This document shows positions 54,301-64,000 of a DNA stretch of 64,000 bases, piece by piece (the first letter of the stretch is position 1; each line of letters starts with the position of its first letter). Source of the stretch: Antedon mediterranea (lineage: Eukaryota; Animalia; Echinodermata); the NCBI RefSeq assembly GCF_964355755.1, contig NC_092674.1, positions 15,562,001-15,626,000 on the forward strand, given 5' to 3'. The position numbers were made by a program, and so were the translations under genes. Under the pieces are notes generated by a model, which saw only the letters and a list, made by a program, of their open reading frames with translations, was not told where the DNA came from and ran no database searches.

Positions 54301-57300
54301 ACTGTGACTGTGGGTAGGCTCTACTGCTGGATATTTAAACACCTAATATACAAAAGAAAAGTTTATTACTGACAATTGTTTCTCAAAGTTTGTATTAATT
54401 AATAATTATAAAAAATATAAACGTCGTATCGTTACATGTACTTTACTATTTCAATCTACTATAACAGGGACAGTTTAAAGTATTAAATCGTAAATGTTTT
54501 ACTGTTTTTAGTGGTATATTATTGATAGGCCTATAAAACATTTAAAACAATATTTCGTTACTAAGTGGATAAAGAATATATTTAAAAATTGTTCTTCCCA
54601 TCCTCTTCCCCATCCCTCAACTGTAATGTAGTATACAAAACACAAATTGGGTTTGTTTAAATGAGTTCAAATAAAAAATTTGGAATCTTTTTTAGGACCA
54701 GTTTCTCCTTCGGAAGTAGGTCTAATTCCCAGGGTGCTAATTTTAGTTAACTACATTAATCATGGTGTCTATCTATTCGTTTCTGAAAACGACAATGTAT
54801 TTATAGTCCTGCGGTACGTACATTTGAAATGGCCAGTTTTTTGTTACGCTGAAATTACTGTGTATTCGAGAACAATCTGTGGACACGACCTAGATGGTAC
54901 GCGAGCGAAGCTTATAATATACCTTTAATTATAACATCATTAAAAATATTGTTTATACACTTAAAACATAAAAAATACAACATTAAAAAATATGACAAAT
55001 TAGATTATAATAAACATTTTGTCACAACCTTTTAAAAAATACCATTATTATATAAATCGTTACAATTTAAAATACAGTTTATATATTTTAATATAAAAAA
55101 TACAACATTTAAACGTAAGAAAAATAGATTTCTTAAAAATCATTAAATCATTAAAAATACTATTTATATATTTATATTGTTTATTTATTATAATTTTTAA
55201 TTATCAAAATACAGCATTATAAAACATTACAGTATCACAAAAATAAATAAATATATAAGTTTACTGATCGTTACTATAGTACATGACAAAAAGGTGTGTT
55301 TTCAATAATGTTTTAAAAATGCTCAAAGAAGCAGCAGTACAACGTAACTCAAAGGGCAAAGTGTTCCAGAAAGTTGGCGCAGCCTTTAAAAAAACATCTA
55401 TCTCCGTAGGATCTCGTTTTGATCTTAGGAACGCGTAACGCGTTAGAGTATTTTGAACGAAGAGGTCTGTTTGACAATGACTGTATTATTGACTTAATAG
55501 AGTCAACTGTGAGAAAGCGACGAATGTGAGAAATATTCCGTAGCTGCATATAACACTGCCTTGAGATTGAAAGAATATTTTCTTAAAAGTGCTTATCAAA
55601 AATAATACACAGATTTTTCGCATTTGGTGTAGATTCAATTACAGCATTATCAATAGTTCGCTCAATATTATGTTCGATTTTATATTTCTTATGACGTGGA
55701 GAAAACAAAACAATTTCACTTTTGGCATCATTTAGTTTCAGCAAATTTACCATCGTCCACATGTTAGCAGAGACGGAGTGTATGTTTTGGTCCAAGGACC
55801 GATCCTTGCGGAACACCATACTTAAGATGAAGTGGGTTCGAGCGTGAGCCATTTATTGAAAACGACTGGTAACGATCACTCAAATAAGAAGCTATCCATG
55901 CGTTAGCATTACCGTGTATTCCAAAGTGATTGTGCAGCCGCTGAAGTAAAGCTATGTGGTCAATCGTGTCGAACGCGGCCGGAAGATCTTGCACGACCAG
56001 TGCAACAGCATGACCTTTATCCAAGGACAAATGATATCGCTGTGTACCTTTAACAGCACCGTCTCTGTTAAAGATTAATTTACTGGATATTATTAAATGA
56101 AATATGCTCATCCAATGAATGTCGATGCCAAAAAATACACGCAAAAATAATCATTTACCTATCTCGTACTACGATAATTGTTTTTAATAGCTAAAAAACA
56201 GCTCGAGAACAGCATCATAATGTTGAAGACAAGCCGATTGTCTTTAAAAAATACTATTTAGATTAATTAAATATAGGCCTACGTTTATACAAACGTATTG
56301 CTTGGCAAAAAATGGTCTCTTCCACAAGTGTATATTCTCTCAGGCGTAATAACACAAAGGCAAGTACACTCGGAACAGAATTTCGATCCATTAAAAAAAA
56401 AATCTGTGACTGCAGAGGTCGGATATATAGGTATTGTTTTTACAGATATAGCTTTTTCAGTCGCCGTCTATATCCGTACAATCGACTTTATTATTGCGGT
56501 TCAACCACCAACACCCACACCACGACCTCTCCCCTCAATGTCATGATTTACATTTAAAAAAAGATCAGACCGTTAAAATATATGATTTATGCTAATAATA
56601 CCAGTAGATGTATGAGTAATATACAACAAATATTTATTGTATATAATATTTCTTAACTACAAGACGATGTTGTAAGAAAACAATCCATGTTTGAATTTTA
56701 CAAATTTGAAGATACCACTCCATCTTTAACAGGCCGATACCATGCAATATACAGACAATTCAAGCCCCCAGCGGGGGATGATTCGATACCTCATCTAGGC
56801 CTATGTGGTAGTTGTAGTAAAGCTGTTGACAATCAATCAGTAACGTGTGGCATGTGTGGGTTTTGTTTTCATTGTTCATGTCAAGACGTAGGAAAGTCTT
56901 TATTTGATGTTATTTCATTGGTATTGTCGTACCTGTAATAAGTCTGCTTGTGGTTTTTTGAAAGCGTTGTCGACGATCGGTAAAACACAAGAAAATATTC
57001 TCAAAGACATAAAACGTATAGATGAAACTATCACACGAAATTCAAGTGATATTGCTGATCTCAAGGCTAAGGATTCAACTGATAAGATTGATTTGTTAAC
57101 AGCAATAAATGAGAGATTTGAAGATGAAGCTGAGAAGGAAAGAAGAAGGTGTAACCTAATGTTATATAATATTGAGGAAAATACAAGTAGTGATCCCATG
57201 ATCCGCAAACAACATGACTTATCTGTTATCCGTTCTTTTTGTAACGGTTCAGTTGATATCGACGCCGAAATGAAAGTTATCTATCGTGTTGGAAAAGCTG

Positions 57301-60300
57301 AGAAGGATATTAAGAGGCCTTTGAAATTAGTTTTCAGAAAGGAGTCTATTAAACGTCAAGTTTTTTCTCTAGCAATTCAAAAGGGTTTTGCTGTTAGTAA
57401 TGATAGAACCATGAAAGAAAGAGAAGCATTCACTAAGTTAAAAGGTGAATTAAAAACGCGATTAGATGCAGGTGAGAAAGACATAGTTATCCGAAGTGGG
57501 AAGATTGTGAAGCTTTTTCGTTCCCAATAAAGAAAATAAAAACAGAAAGTTCTCTAATTTAAAAGAAAGTACGTTTTCCAATCAGAAATTTAACTTTTGG
57601 TACTCAAATTGTGATGGTTTTCTAAATAAGAAGTCAGAGTTACTTTCCCGTTTGGTTTCAGAAAAAGTTGATTTTATTGCATTGACAGAGATTTTACCAA
57701 AGCATTGTTTGTACCCGCCACTGATAAATGAATTTCGTGTCCAAGGTTACCAAGCATTTTTTTTCGAATGAGGATTTTACTTCTGGTCGTGGTGTTTTAA
57801 TTTATGTCAGAAATGGAATTTCAGTTTCTCAAATTTTCTTTAAGAAGAATAAGTTTGAAGAGTCAGTTTGGGTTAGAGTAAAAGAAGTAAAAACGGATCT
57901 TTTATTAGGTTGTGTTTACCGTAGCCCGACTTGTAGTATGGATAATAATATCAAGCTGAACTCATTGTTCCGTGAAATATATAAATCATCTTTTTCTGAT
58001 TTAATCGTTGTCGGCGATTTTAACTATAAAAGTATTAACTGGGAATTAAATTGTGTGTCTTCGGAAGATGGAGATTCCAGCAGACATTTCTTTGACACCA
58101 TCAACGATCTATTTTTAATTCAACACGTTATGGAACCTACTAGATACAGAGAAGGCGAAACACCCAATGTTTTGGATCTGGTTTTTACAGACAAAGAGAA
58201 TACTATAAATGGCATTATGCAGTCTCCACCACTGGGTAAAAGCGACCATATGATGTTACAATTTTCATTGGATCTTGTAAGAGATGACAGAATTGAACCA
58301 AATATTCGAAGTTACAGGCATGGTAACTATGATTTGCTGCGCGAGAAAATTGGTTTGGTAGATTGGGATGTGGTTTTCAATGACAAATCAGGTATTCAAT
58401 CGTGGGACGAATTCGAGCATATTCTTGCGAAGAATATTGATGAGTGTATCCCGATGAGGAAGGTTTGCCACGGAAGAAAACCTCTTTGGATGAACAAAAA
58501 AATTGAAAAGCAGATTGCCAAAAAGAATAAATGTTGGAAACAGTATATAAAGGCCAAGAGAAAACAAAAAGTATGTGTGTCAGCAAAATGGTCGAAGTTT
58601 GTCCAAGTAAGAAATCAAACAGTAGATCTGATTCGATGTAGTAAATCTGACTTCGAAAATAAATAGCAATTGAGATCAAATCTAATGAAAAGTCTTTTTG
58701 GAGGTATCTCAGTTCTCAGATCAATATAAAGTCTGGTATACCCAACTTAACTGATAGTAATGGAAGGCATGTGTCTGATGACAAGGATAAGGCTGAGTTG
58801 CTAAACACGTTTTTTAGTAGTGTATTTGTCGATGAAAATTTTTCGAATTTACCGGCTATTGATGACATTTCAGAGGATTTTTTATCTCAAGTTGACTTTC
58901 CTTGTGACGAAATCTTAAATATTTTATCAACGTTGAATATTACTAAAACAGCTGGACCTGATGGTATTCACCCACGCATCTTAGTCGAACTAAAGGATAT
59001 CATTTGCTACCCCCTCCATATTATTTTTACGAAATTGTTTCAAGAAGGAGCCGTCCCTAATAGTTGGAAACGGGCTACAGTGGTACCGATTTTTAAAAAA
59101 GGAGTGAAGTCTGACCCAAGCAACTATAGACCTGTGAGTTTAACTTCGGTAGTTGGTAAAATTATGGAGAGAATTATCAGGAAGGAATTACTGGACTTTC
59201 TTGAACATCACTCACTTATTTGTTATGAGCAATTTGGTTTCCGGCAAGGTCGTTCCTGTGCTTTACAATTACTTGATGTTCTTGAAAACTGGTTTTCTTA
59301 TTTTGATAATCAGGATTGTTTTGATTGTATCTACCTTGACTACAAGAAGGCTTTCGATAGTGTGCCTCATCATAGACTCCTTCTGAAAATGAGTGCATTG
59401 GGTATTAGAGGTAAACTTCTAAACTGGTTTCGATACTAAATTGTATAGAGTAGTTAACACTGTGAATGATGCTCAAGTTCTACAAGAAGATTTAGAGAAA
59501 GCATGTGACTGGTCTGACAAATGGCAATTACCTTTTAACGAGGGTAAGTGCAAAGTAATGCACTTTGGGAAGAAAAACAACAAACATCTGTATGCCATGC
59601 GTGGTTTCTTATTGAATGAAGTTAATCATGAAAAAGACCTCGGTGTTACTATTGACTCTAAACTTGTTTTTAATGTACATGTGGCAGATGTAGCAATGAG
59701 AGCAAATCGGAAGTTGGGCATGGTATATCGAGCTTTCAAGTTTTTAAATATGGATGGGTTTCTTCGTTTATATAAAGCTATTATTCGTCCGACCTTGGAA
59801 TACTGCAACGTTGTTTTTAACTCGCTACATTGTAAGGAGGAAGACCTATTGGAAAAAGTCCAAGAACGTGCCACCAAGCTTATTTTTTCCATTCGTCATT
59901 TACCTTATTCAGAAAGGCTGAAAATTCTCAACCTACCTACTCTCGCATACAGAAGGCAAAGAGCTCATTTGATACAGATTTTTAAAATTTTACATGGAGT
60001 GGATAGTATTTCTGCTGATTCTTTTTTTGAGCGTGATGAAGATGTTAGAACACGTGGTCATTCTTTTAAATTAAAATTTAAGTTCTCACGCACAAATTGG
60101 ATGAGGGACTCATTTGGTCGAAAAGCTATTATATTATGGAATTCGTTATCGGAGGATGTAGTAGCTTCAAGATCAACCAATCAATTTAAGTCTGGTCTTG
60201 AACGGGCATGGTCCAACCACCCTCTTAAATTTGCGCCATATTCAAGAGTTGATGTAATTATCAAGAGGGGCTTATAGGCATAGCCTAGCCTCGACTCCGG

Positions 60301-62974
60301 ACCCAGCATTGCTGAGCTCCGGAAACAAGTAAACAAGTAAATAAAGTTTGTTTTTCATTTTAAAATTCTCATTACATCGTGTTTGACTGTGTTCATTCGC
60401 CCTGTCTTCATTTTTTACAATTTCCAGTTATTAACGCCAACGTTCTTGTATTCGAGAGCCATCTGGGCAATTGAAAGAGCGTATGTATACATTTACGTAA
60501 GGACGTAGGTTTTTTTAGGACGTATTGTTTTATTCATATTCGTATTAAGGACATTTCAGTAAATCGCCCGTAACCCTTTTCTCAATGCTTAATAAAGTGG
60601 GTTCATACTTTCCGTACTAAATTGTACTAGCAATTGAAAACCATTATGCCTACAAATTAAGTTGAGTTATATAATTATTTATTGATGATTAAAGCGAATT
60701 TAGGTTAAACGATTTGTCCCGAGAGGTGCTTTTACCAAAACCACTGTCTCCCAAAACTTTCTAAGTGCCCGTTTAGGCATTAGTTATTTAGCCGACTTGA
60801 GCATAATAACAATACAAAGGATCACATGCCCTAACGCAAAAAACTTTGGTATGTAGGAAAAAAAATTAAGTATAAATTGGCAATTGAAAACCATTATGCT
60901 AACTAATTTATTTGATTTAAATAATTATTTTAAAGCGAATTTATGATTTTGTTCTACATTATATAAACACAATCAACTTTATTACTGTTAGTTGCTTCTC
61001 AACGTTTGTATTAATTAATACTGTAATTACAAAAAATATAAACGTCGTAGTGGTGTATCGTTACATGTTTTTTACTATTTCAATCGACTATTTGTGTAAA
61101 TTTGACTCAAATATTTGAACTCATTTTGTTACTCTTTTGGAATAATTCTACAGTTCCAACACAGTATTAAATGTTTTACTGTGTTAAGTGGTATATTATT
61201 TGTAAAACATGAAAACGATTAATGTTTCGTTACTGAATGGATAAAGTATATATTTAAAAATTGTTCCTCTTTGCACCATCCATTTCCCCATCCCCCAACC
61301 CTAATGTTACAAACAAAACACAAATTGGGTTATAATTTGACTCAAACATTTTGACTCATTGCGACTTTCTCTTTCGGAAGTACTTCCCAGGGTGCTAATT
61401 TTAGTTGACTTTTCATTATGTATAGTTTCTTATTGTCCTGCAGTACGTACATTTTAAATCGTCAGTTTTTTACGCTGATTATACTAGTATTCAAAAACCA
61501 TCTATTGCATGGCAATTATTGTACACGTGACACCCGCAGTGTTTTTCAATTTGATCTAAGATGAAGCCAAGTGGCATTCGTGGACATTTGGCGCCAATAA
61601 TGTGTTAATTAAATAACATGAATTAGTATACTGTTCTATTCCCTGATTAGAATAAAAGCACACGAGTTGTTCTTTATTGGCAGTAGTTTCTGTGTCCTTT
61701 CTGTAATATTTCCCGAGCTCAAGATCCATGTTACAATGGATTCAATATGTTATGCTCCTATCCGTCTTCAAAGACTGCTTTAAGTGGAAGAGGAACAATG
61801 TGAACTTTGAGGTTGTCACGATTATCGAACCAGAATTTCATCAACAAAATCACTCTAAGAGTATGATTTTGTAGATGGTTATGCATTTAAAACACTTAAA
61901 AAATATATCTTATTTTCTAAACAACATGTAAGATACACAAACTAGGAGATACTTTAAATTACATTTCATCAACAACATCATTGTAGCCTCCAAGCTAGGC
62001 AGGCTCAGTTATAAATGTACTAAATCAGAATATTTTTTCTTAGTTTTGTTTACCTCATACGAGGGGTAGCTCACATGGACACACCAGAGTAACTCGCTAT
62101 GCATATTACGAAGATCAATATATGAAGATGATGCCAGAGAATTATAGACGTTGGAAAATACTAGAACACGAAGTGGGAAAAGAATTATATATGTGAGTTT
62201 TTATTATGAACAGTATACTAATGAATGTTTATAATGAAGTTATTATTGGCATTCATTAGAAAATTCTGGACTGGTATAATGTTTTGTTAGACGAGTTATC
62301 AACGAATGAAAATATATTTAATTTTAATACGTGTAAGTCTCACGCTAATTATCTATTTTATTACGATTATTAGAAAACGTGGCATGCTTCAAATAGAAAA
62401 TAAAGATGGAGTGGAATTTCAGCAAACTCGCAATCTAATGAAAGTAAATAATTTACCGTTTCATGATATGACCCCGTTTGAGGTTTGTAAGAAGTGGCCA
62501 TCTATAAATTTCAGCACCGAATTTAACATATTCATGGATGAAGATGCTGGAGTTTTAAGGGCTGATCGGTGTCTTACTGCTTTTCAAGTAAGTGCTCATT
62601 CGTTTGTTCAATACAGGTAGCCCTGGTCATACAAGTTTTTACGTTCACTAATATGTGGCAAAACATAAGTAATAATAAAATAAATAAATATAAGTTCGTT
62701 TTTTGTCTTTAAAAATGTAATAGGACCATGCTGAATGACAGGACTTATGAATTAACATAATTACTTGGTAAACGTATTTGTATTGTCACAGAAAATATTT
62801 GAAAAACTTGGTGGTGTCATAAAAGAAAATGAGCAGGTGATAACGATTCTTCCGGGAAAAGAAGTGACAGTTGTAACTTCACATAACAGGTACAAAGCAA
62901 AGAGCATTGTTATTACACCAGGTGCTTGGGCTTCTAAAGTTCTTCGACCTCTTGGAATTGATATTCCTCTTAAG
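42303..62974 (+). CDS. PIPOX: Peroxisomal sarcosine / L-pipecolate oxidase-like flavoprotein, coding exons 1-4 (continues beyond the window)
   Basis: Exons 42303-42425 (FDCIVIGAGIIGSSTAY...LLDQ, FAD Rossmann motif), 62044-62192 (FCLPHTRGSSHGHTR), 62374-62587 (DAGVLRADRCL), 62792-62974 (AKSIVITPGAW); GT-AG and phase-consistent. It could be one of several paralogues. Confidence 0.9.
42552..42697. mobile_element. Degenerate Tc1/pogo-type MITE
   Basis: ta|cagtcaaccct...ctctactg|ta with internal inverted ggggacac / gtgtccc. Confidence 0.55.
43435..47770 (-). mobile_element. CR1/L2-group LINE: ORF1 remnant (SGNH esterase + two CCHC knuckles) and frameshifted ORF2 (APE + RT)
   Basis: ORF1 VGTNDV...DGLHFN, CWKCGLNNHQAYEC, CKSCGQYGHKARYC; ORF2 YRPP, GDLN, SDHS, QSGFR, DFKKAFD, GVPQGS, YADDT; (gaat)n tail at ~43435. 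Confidence 0.92.
43797..43904. mobile_element. Tc1/pogo-type MITE inserted in the LINE 3' UTR
   Basis: ta|cagcagaatcccc ... ggggattctactg|ta. Confidence 0.7.
47883..48345 (+). repeat. ~460-bp dispersed repeat (near-identical copy 53620-54081; partial 56155-56350; diverged 60480-60720)
   Basis: Direct colinear match from gggcaaaattcggtaaatc to aacattccaatctct. Confidence 0.9.
48960..50616. mobile_element. Non-autonomous Academ-like element; right terminus at ~50616, left boundary uncertain
   Basis: Ends in gcctacactacta (= TAGTAGTGTAGGC, an Academ-type terminus) preceded by repeated aaaatggc/gccatt(c)tt subterminal motifs. Confidence 0.5.
50594..50758 (+). repeat. Perfect 54-bp tandem triplication
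   Basis: Unit tgacatatcagcctacactactattagatattttatacaggtgaggaagcaagc starts at 50594, 50648 and 50702. Confidence 0.97.
50725..51215 (-). mobile_element. RTE-clade LINE fragment (upstream part at ~53100-53465)
   Basis: PPIIPGEVRHAIKKIKNGKATGEDQL, IPHQWDEA, NYTPISLLPHLYKI; upstream piece FRLEFKNRFASL. Confidence 0.7.
51250..53097 (-). mobile_element. Academ (XPG-type) DNA transposon relic with intron-containing transposase
   Basis: DRPNYARW...DQSHEQNN (transposase core); CDHEEADSR...DTDV...FHAFTGSDTTSQF.G..K (XPG/PIN-like); TAG terminus at 53097 with subterminal gtgccaaatttggtgct; GT-AG intron at ~51917-52050. Confidence 0.75.
53620..54895 (+). repeat. Composite dispersed repeat (460-bp module followed by the copy-A module); same order at 60480-61510
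   Basis: Direct similarity to 47883-48345 and to 395-850. Confidence 0.75.
55330..56040 (-). mobile_element. Degenerate L2/Crack RT fragment
   Basis: DLPAAFDTIDH, YGVPQGSVLGP, LKLNDAKSE, QLRNISHIRRFL, YGDRCF. Confidence 0.8.
56690..60345 (+). mobile_element. Near full-length CR1 LINE: ORF1 (PHD finger + coiled coil), ORF2 (APE + RT) with frameshifts and an internal RT deletion
   Basis: PHD CGSC...CGMC...HCSC...WYCRTC; YRSP, GDFN, LDLVFT, SDH; NYRPVSLTS, DYKKAFDSVPH; RTRGH; 3' hairpin and 8-bp repeat tail (gtaaacaa). Confidence 0.93.
60480..61510 (+). repeat. Diverged copy of the composite dispersed repeat
   Basis: Shares blocks with 53620-54895 and 395-850. Confidence 0.7.
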
Positions 62975-64000
62975 GTAATTTGCATGTTTCAGTTTGGTTG
63001 CCTCCGCATTACAAATTTATGTTTTCACATGTTATGTATTTAATCTGTGTGCCCCCAAAGAATACTAGAGGTGTTGAATCCACAATAACCTCATTCATGC
63101 ATACATATATATCTAGAGATTATTTACTGAATAGCCATCTTTAAATTACAGGAGTGAATTTAACATAGGCCTATTCATGGAGGAAGATTAATAATAATTA
63201 AGAGTAGTTTTCTATAAATATCGACCTTTAGGTGGCCAAGTAAAAAAAAAGATTTTCTTTAAAATGTGTACAATGAAAGAGGTTTGGTTGAAACATGCAC
63301 AGATAAAATTATTTTTGATATCTGTATCTTGTTGCTATTGTAACGGCCATTGTTAAAAACTACAGCTTTTTCTTGTAATTTTTGCTATTATTTCACTGTC
63401 AAATAAGGTAAACGTTGATTTTAATAACTCTTTCACGGATTGTTGAAATTTAATTTAATTTTTAAGAAAAGTTGATGAAAGACTTATGAACAAACTGAAA
63501 TCAAAAAATTGTTGGTCGGGCATGGATACCATTTATTTTCAATAGGGGTGTTTTTACTTGTGGTAAAAAATCCAATTTTGACCAAAGTTTGGAGCTTCAC
63601 ACTTGAATCTTGATTATATATATTCTATGGACCTTGTGTAAATGGATAAAAGGCAAACAATCATTTAATAGTTATCCACTTTGACCAAAACTTGGATTAA
63701 AAAAAAATTTATTTTGTCATTTTTATTTTTTTTTCAATTGATTAACTTGATTAAAGCTACTATTCAAAGTCTGATGTAATTAATCTTTATGTCCTTTTCT
63801 TACGTCATTAATTATCTAATTACAATCAACTAACATCAGAATAAAGAGACATTGCTTTATACATTGATACCAAAAATTATGAGCAAGGAAAACAGATACA
63901 GATATTTGTGTTCCCTACCTAAAAACTGTTCAAAATGTGGAACTGATTGGTATAATTAGAAATGCGTTAAAATCCCACCGTAGGTATGAGAATATTTAAT

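Overview
AT-rich animal genomic DNA, probably from a marine invertebrate (inferred from spliceosomal introns and the transposon repertoire). It is mostly nested, decayed transposable elements around three host genes that I assembled by hand from GT-AG exons. (1) A 4-exon minus-strand gene for a 125-aa NTF2-like/DUF4440-type protein (6576-8544). (2) A 7-exon plus-strand MBLAC1 gene (23539-30157) whose first two coding exons encode a domain resembling the TDP-43 N-terminal oligomerisation domain; this fusion is the most notable observation. (3) The 5' part of a PIPOX/sarcosine-oxidase gene (42303 onward, leaving the window) with a 19.6-kb TE-filled first intron. Mobile DNA includes CR1/L2-Crack, RTE, RTE-X-like, Rex1/Babar and Tx1/L1 LINE relics, an internally deleted but splice-intact P element nested in a P-type MITE, a 3.5-kb foldback element, Kolobok-, Ginger- and Tc1/pogo-like MITEs, Academ relics, SINEs, a 5S rRNA pseudogene, and a two-copy element whose hairpin has four regular tandem GA/GA mismatches. 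All family calls come from motif recognition by eye; no database search was run, and degenerate element boundaries are approximate.
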